A DNA stretch of 64,000 nucleotides from NCBI RefSeq assembly GCF_018350175.1, contig NC_058368.1:124374001-124438000 (forward strand), given 5' to 3'. Source of the DNA: Felis catus (lineage: Eukaryota). The position numbers and the translations under genes were made by a program. The notes under the pieces are model-generated. The model made no database searches and was not told the DNA's origin. It saw only the letters and a program-made list of their open reading frames with translations. Within the stretch, counting starts at the first letter, position 1, and every line of letters begins with the position of its first letter. Below, in pieces: positions 50,203 to 63,556 of this stretch.

Positions 50203-50487
50203 GAAGGAGCTGCTTCTATCACTGCTCCCTATTACTTCCTCAAGGAGCTTTGCTCTGCTGACTTCAAGGTCATAACGAGTTTTCTATCATTTCTGTAGCT
50301 GATCTCTTTACTACCTCCAACCTAATTATATCAAGTAAGACTTTACAGCCAAAGGGCTTCTTTCAGAGAACAGAGCACTCACTTGGTCTAGCACCGTTGA
50401 TACAGATATAAAGAAATATATATCTTCATATTAAATGGGAGTGTGTGTGTGTACATGTATGTGTACGTGTGTGTGTGTGTGGTGGAA

Positions 50488-50526
<39 letters not shown>

Positions 50527-53099
50527 AATTCAGGAGAGTGCTTAACACATGGTGAGGGCTCAGTAAATGACACAAACCTTTGCACGTAATGTGTGTGGGT
50601 ATGGGTGTGTAATATAGGTACAAATCTTATATTAATGAATCTAGATGATAGAATGAGGGTAGAAAAGGCGAAACACAGTAAAAATTGTTCCTAGCACTAA
50701 TGCTTTTCTCCAATAACTCATTTTTAGAGCCAGGTCTACTGAATAGCTTCAGCTATTGGTGATTTCCAGGTTATACCCACATAGAGTCAGAAGATGGAAT
50801 TGAAAGGGAGGTAACATAAGAAAAGAGAAAGGTGCTCCCAAGTATGCAAGAGGCAACTGGAAGAGAAAGGCCTGCCTCTGTTCCCAGCTTAGTGACTCTC
50901 AGCCCAGCAGAGCTCCAGCTTTTGGCCTATATGTGGGAGGAGAGAGCCTGAAGCTGAGCCAGAGGTCTGTCCAGAGTAAAGACTGACCCTCTCAACTGCT
51001 AAGGGAAAGGGACTCTTAGAGTTTGGAGCTTTGGAGCCTGGGAAGTTAATTTAGATAGACTTTAGTATATGAAAGGTATCTCCAGGGCTATCTTCATTTA
51101 TCTTAGGCCCGTGTCTTCCTGGACACTATATTCCTATGTGCTAATTTTTGCAGCCAAAGGATTAAAATGCCATGTCTTAGCTTTCTACAACATGTTTGGG
51201 CAGTGGTTTTATCCCAGTGATCATCATCTACATGTTATTGCTGGAGAGACACTGGGACAATTTGAAATCTACAGCATAAATAACAGGATGGAGTCTCCAT
51301 TTTCCATGCCTCTTCCAAAACAGTGTCCTATGTGAACAAAATATCAAATTGTTATGGCAAGAGGCTCAGGACTCAGAAAGACTATTCAAATCCCATATTT
51401 TCCATTTACAATCTGACCTTGGCCAAATTTCACAGCCTCTCTGAGTCTCGACATCCTTATCTTGTAAAATGTGAAAAATAATGCCTCCTTCCCAGGCTCA
51501 TGAGGATGAAATTATATAATGTATGCCAAAGCCCAGGCTTGTTCCTAGCACAGGGTGAGAGTTGGTTTCCTTCCCCTCTCTCTACCCCCCTCATACTCAT
51601 TCCTTCTTTTTTCCCTTTTGCTATAGCTCATATTAGCACTGTAAAAAAAAAAAAAAGCATTATCTCCTTTTTATTTCTCCTGGAAAGGCTGTGCAAATTT
51701 AGCATCTCAGTTTGATGATGCTTAGGAGATAAACACTCACGAGAACTGTACCAAGGAATAGGACAGCCTCTTCCTATCCAAACACTTGCAGCTCAGAAAA
51801 GGAGACACACAGCCAGACTCAGGTATATGCAGTCCAAGGAAGACCAAAGACACTAACAGAAGCCACATAAGTTCCTCATCAGGCAGAACCAAGCGGCCCT
51901 GAGTTAAAAGAGCAGGGTATGTTTCCTAGACATCTGTTTCTCTTGGAGTTCACAGTGCTGATCTTTGCCTTGAGGGTCTGAATGCCTAATTGCTGGAGGC
52001 AACTCAAAAGAAATTTAATCAATGGAGGCAGAAACAAATCAGTAGACAAGCTGGCCCAAATGAGACACCCTCCACCAGAATTCTTTAATTGCCTGAGTTG
52101 GATTTCCATCAGACAAGATACCCAATAAGAGAGTGGAAGGCTTTTTATATCTGGAGTGAATAGGGTTCCAATGTAGGAAAATTACTAGAAAACTAAGGAA
52201 GGCAAATAAAATGCTGAAAATTTTAATGCAGTCTGAGAGTGAATATTTTTGTTTCTGTTCCAAAATTCTGTGTTTTCTTCAATAAACCTGTAATAATTCT
52301 GAAACAGGAAAACAATAACAACGACTGGTGGAGCAGAGACAGAGGGTAAGAGGGTAAAGCTGTACATTTAATAATGTAGATCTGGAACTTCATAGTTCCA
52401 TGTATGTAACTATGTATGTTACACATGTAACTGTGTTAAAGTAACACAGTTTCTTCTCCATGAGTGTTTGTATATATGGCCAATGTGTGTTTGTACATGT
52501 AGCACAGGTGTAAAGACTTTTTCAGCAAAGCAGAGCTCTTGAACAAGAGTATAAAAGCCACTCTGAGTGAGACCCTCACCTGAATGTATAAGTTGTGGTG
52601 AGAGAGTTCAGAGCTTTGGTATCAGAAAGCCCACAAGAATCCCAAATCTTCCAAAGACAAACCATGTGGATTTGGGCAAGATTCTTAGTCTCTCTCATTC
52701 TGATCTGTAAAATATGGAAAATAATCCTGACTTTATAGGATTGTTTTGAGATACAAATAAAATAATGTTTTTATTAGAACCTTTGCTTTATTCAAAGAAT
52801 TAGACCCATTACTTCTGAACATCTTTCTCCATATATCTCTCAACACCTCAAATCACTGTTCTAACATTCCCTTTTGGATCAATCAGTAAATATTGACCAA
52901 GCACCCACCATACAGTCGTCCCCCCAGCCTTCCTGAACTCAAGGCAAACAAATCAGTGTTTCTTTCTAAAGTGAAGAAGTCATGGGAAGCTATCAGAAGA
53001 TGGGTAATAGGGCTGTACCTGACTCAAACTGAGGCACAAGTGGAACTGGTCTTTGGCATTCTGCCGTCTCTCTTACAAGTATGAACTTGTTTCTTCCCA

Positions 53100-53662
53100 G
53101 GGAAGGTGTTAATAGTCTACTCAATGCCATTTGCCCCACATTTCACTCCCTGGTTTTTCTAGTAGGTGGATTTGCCTTGTTCTTGGGAAGGGTAGACCTC
53201 TCGCTTAACCTCAGAAGAGTGAGTCATGGTTACTCTAAACCTAGGGTAACCCTACTCCCCTTTGCTAGTGATTGGTTTAGGGGAAGCCAAGTTAACAAGT
53301 TGCAACAATAAGATGCAAGGAGAGGTCTTCTTGAAGCTACTGCTAAGAATGTCACTTTCTTAGTAAAAGACACAGATGAGGCTTGTGAAGCTCCTTCCTT
53401 TTCCTTCAATTTTCAAAGTGGAAATGATATCTGAAATTGCAGCAGCCAGTTTGGGGCCATGAGGAAATAAGCACAAGAATAAAATGCCAATAACCAAAGA
53501 TGGAGAGTCTGGGGGATAGAGGACAGAAAAAAACCTGGGTTCTCGATGATACGATAGAGTCTTGAACTGGCAAACTTCTTATTAGGTGATATGAATAAAT
53601 GTTTTTATTGCTTAAGTCACTCTTAATTGGGCTTTCTGCTACTTGCAATTGAAAACATTCAT
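53100..53662 (+). mobile_element. MaLR LTR (MLT1J/K-like)
   Basis: gattggtttagggg, gcagcagccagtttggggccatgagg, and 3' end cttaagtcact...ctgctacttgcaattgaaaacattc. Confidence 0.7.
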
Positions 53663-54019
53663 ATTTGATATTCCTTCCTTTTGAACAGCATTCCTTTTGG
53701 AAGGGTCATACTGCAACCTTCCTTATAGCCCAACTGCCATCTTTTTTTTCCAAATGGCTTCTAAGGGATCACTGCTAAGGTATTCCAGCAGATCATGGTA
53801 TTAGTGGGACTTAAGGCATGATTTAATTAAAGGATATTTTCATTTTAACAAAAGATTCCTGAGATGAGAAAAATTTCCTGAGACAAAGGCATAAAACCAC
53901 AATGGTGGAATGACACGTTGTGGGATTAATACTTGGCAGAGGACTGGTGGTGTTGATTTCTACTTCTTCAAGCCCAGGGTGTAAGTGGCCACCTGGTCTA
54001 CCTATGCTATCCTTAGAGG

Positions 54020-54183
54020 CTTGCAACTCAAAATGTGGTCTACCGACAGTACTGGTATCACTTGAAGACTTGGAAAAGTGCAAAATCTTATGCCCTGACT
54101 CAAACCTACTCAGTCAGAATCTTAATTTTAACAAAGATCTCCAAGTGATTCATACATACACTCAGGTGTGAAACTCATCACTC
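54020..54183. mobile_element. MER5A1-like fossil
   Basis: actcaaaatgtggtc...cctactcagtcagaatct...ttttaacaaagatctccaagtgattc. Confidence 0.7.
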
Positions 54184-55204
54184 CAGAGGACAGAATTGGT
54201 AGAGTTATAAAAAGCTCAGTCTTCTCCTGTCAGATGAATAGTTAGCAAGGCACAATGTTACAAGGAAAATTTCTCATATTGTCTTTTTATCTGGCAGTAC
54301 AGAATTGGGGTAGACCAGATTTATTGAGTAAATAAATATAATTCTTTTAAAGTCATCTGAAAATGAAGATCAGAACCATTCAGCACAACTCACTTTCAAG
54401 ATTATATATATATTTTTTCAGTAATCTTTACACCCAACGTGAGCCTCTAACTCATGATCAAGGGTCACAGGCTCCACTGACTGAGCCAGCCAGATGCCCC
54501 AAGATTGTATCTTATTTCAAAAAGAAACATGAGTTACACAGAAATTGAGAGATATAACAGAGCTAGTGGTAAGGTCTAAGGAAGGGCACACTGGAGTTAG
54601 ATACTTCCTCATGGTACAGCCTTTAGTTAGGTCACTTCATGTGGGGGTTCATCTGTTTCCTTGAAGACTCAGAATCTCATTATTGGCAGTGCCTGGTGAT
54701 CAGGCTTTTAAAAGTTATCCATGCCAATAAAAATAAACACTATTTTGCAGGAGATTCAAAGATGTCAAAAAAATTAATTTACATTAATATATAGTCATCA
54801 TATGGACAAGAAGGCTCTCCTTGGCTTGGTCCAAAGAAAGTTCTCCCTGTAAGAAGCTTCCTGGGAACCCAAGTCATAATCAGAAGTTCTCTCACTGATT
54901 TATCAGAAGACATCCCTATCTCAGGGACCACAACATTGGAAAGTCCCTAAAATAAGTTCATTTCCCACCACCCCCTAAAAAACACTTACATGGAAGACAA
55001 AATTAAAATGAGAAGGATGCTTTGTGTGCATGGAATCAAGTTAAGATTTAGATAAATGCGTACTAACAGCACCAGGCCATGTGAGCAGCCTTGGGCAGGT
55101 CAGTATCCACTACCCACTAACCTCTCTTGGTAGCCCAATATCTGAGACAGGTGGACCAAAGTTTACTCGGTGCTAAACTAATAAGGTTACTTACATTTCC
55201 TTGG

Positions 55205-55767
55205 TGTCTTAGTCTGTTCAGGCTATTGTAACAAAAATACCAGAGGTGTCTGGGTAGCTTGGTCAGTTGATTTCAGTTCAGGTCATTATCTCACGGTTCA
55301 AGGGATCAAGTCCTGCAATAGATTATGTGTTGACAGTGCAGGGCCTGCTTGGGATTCTCTTTCTCCCCCTCTCTCTTAACCTCCCCTGCTCACTCTCTCT
55401 CAAATAAATAAATAAACTTTAAAAAAAACACCCATAAAATGAGTGGCTTATAAACAACAGAAGCTTGCTTCTCACAGTTCTGGAGGCTTGGAAGACCAAG
55501 ATCAAGTTTTCTGGCAGACCTGGGTTCTTGTTCTTGGTTTAAAGACAGTGATTTTTTTTTACTGTAACCTCATAAAGGGGAAGGGAATTAGGGAGATATG
55601 TGGGGTCTTTTTAGAAGAGCACTAATCTCATTCATGAAGGCACCACCCTCATGACTTAATCACCTTCCAAAGGCCCCACCTCCTAATAACATCAGATTGG
55701 GCATTAGGTTTCAACAAATAGGTGTGTTGGGTTTCAACATATGGAGTTGATAGTCAGACCAGGGCAC
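55205..55767 (-). mobile_element. MaLR LTR (MLT1A/MST-like) with a + strand CAN-SINE at about 55243-55428
   Basis: tgtcttagtctgttcaggctattgtaac...tctcacagttctggaggct...ccctcatgacttaatcaccttccaaaggcccc. Confidence 0.85.
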
Positions 55768-55959
55768 CTAGGCCAAAAATAAGCTGCACCCTTGAGTGAG
55801 GGCACTGCTGAGTCTGCAGGTGGAAGCCAAGTGGTTCCAGCTGTGGCCTTGCTGGCTGCAAAGGCGGAGGCCAAGGCCTGTTGGGTTACAATGTGAGTGG
55901 CTTATGAAATTACTCAGTGCTTTCCTATCTTGTTCTCAAAAACTTTCTGGAAATATAAC

Positions 55960-56581
55960 TATATTGGTTTGCTAAGGCTGCCATAACAAAGTATCATACA
56001 TAGTGTGGCTTAAACAACAGACATTTATTTATTCATTTATTTTCTCACGATTCTGTAGGCTAGACCTCTGTGACCAAGGGGTACCTGGGTGGCTCAGTCA
56101 GTTAAGAGTCTGACTTTGGCTCAGGTCATGATCTCGCGGTTTGTGTGTTTGAGTCCCACGTCCAGCTCTGTGCTGACAGCTTAGAGCCTGGACCTGCTTT
56201 GGATTCTGTGTCTCCCTCTCTCTCTCTGCCTCTCCCCTGATCTTGCTCTGTCTCTGTCTCTATAAAAAATAAATAAACATTAAAAAATTAAAAAAAAAAT
56301 TGGTTTCTTCTGAGGCCTCTGTCCTTGGCTTGCAGATGGCCATCTTCTCAATGTGTCCGTACATCCTTATCCTTCCAGTCTATGTATTTGTGTGTTTCCT
56401 ATCTCTTCTCCTCCTCTAAGGAAACCTACTATAGGGAATTGCGGCCACCCATATGACCTTACTTTACCTTACTCACATCTCCAAAGGTCCTATCTCCAAA
56501 TACAGTGACATTCCAAGGTATTGGATACTAGGGCTTCTACATATAAATTTGGGAGTTAGGGACATAATTCAGCCCACAACA
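55960..56581 (-). mobile_element. MaLR LTR (MLT1A0/B-like) with a + strand CAN-SINE at about 56078-56300
   Basis: ggctgccataacaaagta...ggcttaaacaacaga...tccttggcttgcagatggcc...ataattcagcccacaaca. Confidence 0.85.
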
Positions 56582-57079
56582 GTCACCAATAGCACTAAGA
56601 CAAATCTGTGGCTGGCTGAGAGCTATAGGGAAGAAAAAGAAAAAAGGATGTAGTTCACAAGATTTAAAAACACAAATAGCGCACAGGATTTTAGAATAGG
56701 ATAGGCCTTTAGGAAGTTAAAATACTGTCATTTGACAGATTAAGAAACTGAGGCCCAAAGGTGTGATATGACATCCCCAGACCTATACAGTTGTGAGACA
56801 AAATAATAAACTGAGGGTGAGGCGTATGGTCAGAACTTTGTCAGAAATAAATGATTTTGTGTACATATTCTTGCATATAAAATCAGAATAAAATGTGCCT
56901 TATGGCCAGAAAATATACTTATGAAAGAAGATCTATTTATGGTCCTGCAAACTGGTCATTTGCCTCTGGTGACTTCTTTCCTTGAATCCTGGAGCTCCCA
57001 CCTGGTATATTCCCAGCCTACATTTTTGGCACTGATGTGGCTATCTGCTGAGATCTCTCTGCTCCAGGGCCAGTAGCAA

Positions 57080-57431
57080 TTTCCTGATCTTGGATTCTGG
57101 GTCCTAGCATGACAGCCACAACTGCCTCTGAGTACTTAGAAGCTGGTGACAAAAATCACAGAATGCTGAATCCAGCTGCCTCAACTATTCTGACGCATCG
57201 CCACAACCTGCTTCCTGGCAGCATCAGCAGCAGAGAGATAGCTTCTGTCTCACCCCTGTTGTTCAGATTTTGTCCACATGCATCCAGTTGGTGAAAACTA
57301 GTTTGCATCTAGAAGCCTAGATGCAAGAGTCTGGGAAATACAGTTTTTAGTTTTCCAGCCTCTCCAGTATAGGAAGGCACATAGAAAGAGGTGGAATCCA
57401 TGCAGAGTGCCCATCAGGCATATCCAGCACA
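57080..57431 (-). mobile_element. Old MaLR LTR fragment (MLT1M/N-like)
   Basis: gtctgggaaatacagtttttagttttccagcctctccagtataggaaggcac. Confidence 0.55.
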
Positions 57432-57807
57432 GTTATGCCTATGATTTTAACCAGTAGAGTGAACTAATTGAAGACTACTGGGAACACTGAACAGAGCATT
57501 CTGTCAGGTTTCTTTAGTATGGAGCTGAACTCAGGTCCATGGGACGCTATTTTTGAAAAAGGGTAAGGGGATCCATTTTTCCAACACATGTGACTTTTGC
57601 AACAAGAATCAGCATGCAATACATACCAACAAATAAACCAAGGGTGACTATTTTCAAGACTTGCCTGGGCACAAAAAATATTTATGTCAGAGACTGACAC
57701 CCTTCCCCCTTCCCATCCATTTTCCTTTCCCCTTCTTTTTAATAACAGAAACACCTATCATTAAACATAAATACATAAACATAGACACATGGCCATCCAG
57801 CTAGTGA

Positions 57808-58026
57808 AGGAACTGGCAGATGATGGCCTGTGGGCCAAACCAGACACTGACTCATTTTGTAAATACAGTTTTATTGGAACATAGCCACTCACTTATTTCC
57901 AAACTGTCTATGGCTGCTTTTACACTACACAGGCAGCAACAGGTAATTGTGACAGAAATCATTCAGGCTTCAAAGCTGAAAATATTTCCTACCTGGCTCT
58001 TTACCGAAAAAGCTTCCTGACTCCTG
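57808..58026 (+). mobile_element. MER58A hAT-Charlie element
   Basis: ggcctgtgggccaaa...ttttgtaaatacagttttattggaacatagcca...ctgaaaatatttcctacctggctctttac. Confidence 0.85.
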
Positions 58027-58184
58027 AGCTGAAGATGGTATTCTACAGTCTCCCCTGCAGCTACACAAGGTCACATGACTATCTGTGGTCCAAGGAAATG
58101 GGGGTGCAAATGACACATACCACTGATATGCTTGTCTTTAAAATATTAGCTGTGTATTCTTCCAATACTCTTCCCTCTTCCTGT

Positions 58185-58407
58185 CAGCTTAGCAAATTTT
58201 TTTTTCTGTGAAGGGCCAGACAGTAAATATTTTAGAGTGCAGGCCATAGAGTCTCTGTTGCAACTACTCAGCTCTGCGCTTGGGGCACAAAAGCAGCTGT
58301 AGATAACACGTAAAGAAGTAAGCGTGGCTGTATTCCAATAAGACTTTGTTTACTAAAGTAGTTGGTAGGACAGATTTGACCTGTGGGCTATAGGTTGCTG
58401 ATCTCTG
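58185..58407 (-). mobile_element. MER58A, inverted relative to the preceding copy
   Basis: ttctgtgaagggccagacagtaaatatttt...gtggctgtattccaataagactttgtttac...gatttgacctgtgggcta. Confidence 0.85.
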
Positions 58408-58862
58408 CCTTAAGAGATAGCTAAGTGACACAGAAAAGGAACTTGAGTTTCTGAATGACCATATGGGGAAAAACCACAACCTGGACTTCTATCTCAAGCC
58501 TTGTTTTTGAGGAAAGCAAATGGTGTGATTTATTTAAGCCACTGTATTTTTGAGTCCCTTTGTTATGCTTTATATTGTGCTTCTTGGACTTGTGAATGAC
58601 ACACAAACTAGGGAGATACCTTCCAATATTTGCTGAACATCTTGCTCCTAACATTTACAATTCAGTGTTACCTGAGCACCTACTGTGAGCTAGTCTGTAT
58701 AAAGCATAGCAGGAGGTGAAATGATGAGAAAGACACATTCCCTCCCCTCGCAAAATACAATCCTTGTGTTATGATTTACTGGTGGGTTGTAATCAGTTGT
58801 GTAGTCATCACTAGCAATTGATAACTTCAGAATTAAAGTTTCAAAGTTTGTGAATGATGTAT

Positions 58863-59153
58863 TGTGCCAGGGGTCCCCAAGATCACCCTAAGGCTTTGTG
58901 ATCTGCTAGAACACACAAAACTCAGAAAATGTTATGCTCACAGCTAGGGTTTATTAAAGTGAGAGGACAAAGATTAAAATCAGCAAAGGGAAGGGTACAT
59001 GGGTGAAAGTCCAGGAGAAACCAGGTACAAGCTGCCAGATGTCTGATCCCAGGGGGAGTCAATGGAGAAGAGCTTCACTTTCCAGCACTGACGTGTGAGA
59101 ACATATGCCAAGTACTACCAGCCAGGGAAGCTCCCTGAGCCTTGGTGTCTAGG
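58863..59153 (-). mobile_element. ERVL-type LTR fragment (MER21/MER68/MER77-like)
   Basis: ggggtccccaagatcaccc...agattaaaatcagcaaagggaa...ccagggaagctccctgagccttggtgtc. Confidence 0.7.
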
Positions 59154-60927
59154 TATGAATGGTGTTTGAAGTAGGGTCACCAGTAACAAGGCTATTGTGA
59201 GACAAAATTGAAAGCCTAAACTGTGGTTGTGGATGTAGAAAGAAGAGATCTAGCAGAAACAATTCAGATGAAGAATCTATAAGGATGAACTCTAAAAATT
59301 TTGTAAATAGTGACATGCCACAGAGAAAGGAATGGAAAAGAGGTTAGAAGTCATACACATTCCATGATTTAGAAACAAGGTGGCTGGGATGATTGTGGGG
59401 CTACTATAGAAAATAGAGAAAATGGAAAATGGGCCCTGAAGTTTATTTGAACAGGAGCTGGGCACAAGACAGAATCCATTAGATTTGGAAATGGTGAGTG
59501 AAAGACCAATAAAAAATCCAAATGTGTCTATCAGGACATTTAAGAAAAGTGATTATAGCTTGAGAGAAGTCTGTGGGCTTGAGAGCTCCTGGCATCAAGG
59601 TCCTGTGGCAATAAATGACATCAGGGAAGGGAATGCAAAGGAAGAAGAGAGGCTGACTTGAGAAAGAAGTCTGAAGATGCCAATAGTTAAGTGACAGGCA
59701 AGGAAGAAGCCTGTGAAAAAGCTAGAGAAGAGAAGCAGAGATGGATCAGTTTGGAAACCAAGGCAGCAAAGCGAATCCAGCAGTCTGGCATGCTGTTGGG
59801 AAGTCAAGCAGGGTACCCAGGGGAAAGATTGCTGAGCCTGGTTGGCATCAAAGAAAGGCAGTGCTTCCTGACGTTGAGAGGCACATTGGCCCAATTTCAG
59901 AGATTAGGGAGTAAGTCCTGGGAGAGTAGAGAAGAGAATCTCTCTCCCCCATGCCTCAGGGAGAAGCAGGAACTCCTGTGGATGGAGTTGATTGGAAGGG
60001 AGGGGCATGGATAGGACACAGGGGCAGGCAACCAAAAGCAAAATACTGACTGACTGGGCACCCCAAAGCTTTGCAGCAAGCTTAGAAAAGCAAGTGCTCT
60101 AAAGGCCACAGATGATGACAAACTGTTCTTTGTCATGAAGCTAGAGGAGCTACGTTGATAAGGCCCCTTTAAATGCTGGTGATACTGTGAATGTCCCTCA
60201 GAGACCACAGGGAAAATGGTCCCACAGTCAATTATCATTGCGGCACTCTGTACTAGTCAGGGAATTTGGCGGGTACTTGGGTGTTGTGTTCCAGCTCAGG
60301 ATCTCTATTCTTCAGATTAAAGTCATTACAACTCTGTTTATTTTAGAAAAGATTAATAGTTCCCCCTCCTCATTTCTCAAGAACAGACTTTTGTCTGTCT
60401 GGAGTGAGTCATTAAATATATCAGTTCAACTGCTCTGGCTGCAAGATTGCAGATATAAAATCATCTGATTTTGACAAAAAACAGCTGCAGCTTTTTGTAT
60501 TATTTTGAGTCTACAATCACTTGTGGATAGAGACAGATAGGAAATGTTCCATGATAGTAAGAGTGATATGAGCCTTCTACCCTATCAGTAATCTTCCCAA
60601 GACCCTCTAACTTGTCACCTTCACCAAGATGTCTCTCAGTTAATTCATGTCACATCAATTTAACTCAACTCTCCCAACTCTCCCAACTCTCACAGGCTAC
60701 TCCCCTGAATAATGTGGAATATAAAAGATGAACAAGAAGGAATACTTATGCTCAGGAATTTTATAGTCTATATGGTGAATTAAACAAAAAACACCTAGAA
60801 CTAAGACTGGTTGTGGTAACTGTTGTGGTAGAGGTGTTTGAGGAAAGGGAGCTTTGAAAGGCAAGCTTGGACCTCAGGCAAGACTTTCTGGAAGAGATAG
60901 TGTTGGAGCTGATCTTGAAGGGCCTTG

Positions 60928-60976
<49 letters not shown>

Positions 60977-61031
60977 GTGCACAGGTGTACAGGGTTAACT
61001 AGGAGGAAAGTGAAACATTCCAGGAAAAGAT

Positions 61032-61250
61032 TCTTTTTAAATTTTTTTCACATTTATTTATTTTTGAGAGAGATAGAGCATGAGCAGGGGAGGGGCAGAG
61101 AGAGAGGTAGACACAGAATCCGAAGCAGGCTCCAGGCTCTGAGCTGTCAGTGCAGAGCCTGATGCGGGGCTTAAACCCACAGACCGCAAGACCATGACCT
61201 GAGCCGAAGTCAGACTGAACTAACTGACTGAGCCACCCAGGCTCCCCTCC
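61032..61250 (-). mobile_element. CAN-SINE
   Basis: Full body; TSD ccaggaaaagat. Confidence 0.93.
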
Positions 61251-63512
61251 AGGAAAAGATATTTTAAAATTCTGTATCTGGAGATACAGAATTGCAGTGC
61301 ATGGGTAATATGTGGGAAAATCAGAGTTGGAGGGGATTTTAGGCCCAGATGTTCACAAACTTTGATGTGTGTTAAATCCACCTGGGCAGCCTGTGAAAAA
61401 TTCAATAGCCTAAGCCTCACCCTTGGATTTTACGAGCTAGGCTCCCAGGACTTGGAGGTGTTCATGATTAACCAGGGTCACACAGCAGTTGGACCAGCTG
61501 GAGAACCTGTTTTCAGGGAAGAACAAGTTTTGGGTTTTTTTGGTTTTTTGTTTTTTTTTTTTTAAAGGGACCTGAGGTGTAAGATTTGTGAAGGGAGTTA
61601 CAAGAGAAAAGACTAGAAAAGTAGGTTGAACTCAAGATTATGGATAGATTGGATGAAAGTCTAAGGAAATTAAAAGATTCCTACCAGGATACAAAGCCAT
61701 TGAAAGCTTCAGAGGGAGAAGTGACGTGGTCAAAGTAATCAGAAGTGACCTAAGAACAAAAACTTATGGTTCAGCCTATTGACTGAAAGTGGAATTACAA
61801 CTGGCTGCCAGGTTCTGAATCTTCCCAGCCAGCTAGGTCCTCTCACCCTCATCTGAAGCACATTCCTTTTAAGCTCATAAAAGCAGGGTTTTGTTTTCTG
61901 CTTACACAAATGATAAAACATCCATGAGGAGATATCACTTCATCAAGCATCTTCCAAAGCAGCTCATTAAACCCCAGGATGCAGAGTCAGTGGGAGGAAT
62001 GCAAATATTCATCTAGCTCCTGACCCAAGGACAATACACACCAATCCCCCACCCCCACCCCGCTCTTCCAGTCTGCCCCGTGGTACAGGCAGCAGCCCCA
62101 AGTCTACAATTGAGCATACAGGGAGAGTGTGGAGGGGTCACCACAGTGCTTCCCCATGGCCAGAACAGCACATCTGGAGTCTGCTCTACAGATACTGGGC
62201 CTCTCAACAGCTTCATGAGCAGATGGAGAGCCAGATACTCAGAACCATGTTCTTCTTGGAGGGCTGGGGGCTGGGGGCCTAGGTCCTATCAAGGGATGCC
62301 ATGCATACTGCAAGCTGAGGGGAAGGACAGCAAACATTTGAAACCTTCACTGCCTTTAGCTCAACAGTTATTTATACCAGTTAACACTGGCCTTGGGAGG
62401 ACAACTTCTGTGGCCTGGGCAGATGCCCAAGGCCCTTATCACCTGCTTTTGTGTACCTTCACCATTTGCAAAATTCCCCCGGCTGTTATCTCAACATTTG
62501 TTCTCCTGTTTGTCTTCTGGAGGATAAAATATAGTTTCCACTGAAAGATTAAACAAAGACATCCTAAATGGAAACACTCATAGGGGACTTAAGATTGTAA
62601 TTAAAACGTTGGCAGAATACCACATACCAGAGAAATTATCACCTTGCAACAAATATTGGGGTAAAATAACCCAGAATGAGGAAAATCTTTTTAAAGAACT
62701 AACTACATCATGTATATATAAATCCATCAGCATTTTGTATGAAAGGCAGAAGGTCAGAAGTAACATACCTTTCGCTTATACTGTGCTCAGAAACAGTGTT
62801 TCCCCCTAGGGATTCCACTGTTTTGTGTTATGCAGAATCTCCCTAGGCTGGAGGAAAGCCAGTGTTCCTAAATGTCAGCAGCACACCTCAGTTGTGGTTC
62901 AAGCTAAAAATGTCCTGAGAACCACTGCTGCAAATTTCAGGTGCATTGCAAAAATAATTTCCTTGGATCCATATAAACATTCAAAATATTAGTAACATCT
63001 TCACTTTTTGGATGATGAACTGAGACTCCAAATGGATTGCTGGTTTTTCACGTGGCTAGTGAGGGGTGCTGCTGGCTCTAAACCCCAGTGGACTGACTCT
63101 AAATTCAGGTCCTTTTCTAAAATATTGTGCTGCCTTTTAATGGAGGTAGAGACTCAGACTTGATTTCAATCAACTATTATATTAAATGCATGCTACTGAA
63201 TTGCTGTTGTTGTTATTCATATTTCTAACTGTCTTCTCAGGAGCATGGATCTTGTTACATAGAGGACACTTGGTTCCATGAGGTCACTGAGAGAAGGGTA
63301 TAGGTAGGAATTAAGGGAAATGGGTTCGTTTGCTTAACAGAGGGAAAGGATCATGGATCTCTCAGGGACAATAAAGAAGGTTGGGGAACAGGAGAGAGAG
63401 GTATTGGGAACTTGCGAGGCTTGAGTTATGTGACATGACACATTCATGTACTTGGACCCACAAGTCCCAAGCCTTGAGTACAATGTATTATTCACAAAAT
63501 GCTTACAGAGTG

Positions 63513-63515
<3 letters not shown>

Positions 63516-63553
<38 letters not shown>
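63516..63553. repeat. (TA)n microsatellite
   Basis: Direct read. Confidence 0.95.

Positions 63554-63556
<3 letters not shown>

Noticed and set aside
62080..62544. Longest ORF (154 aa)
   Set aside because: GTG start, no flanking splice structure on + and no recognisable homology.
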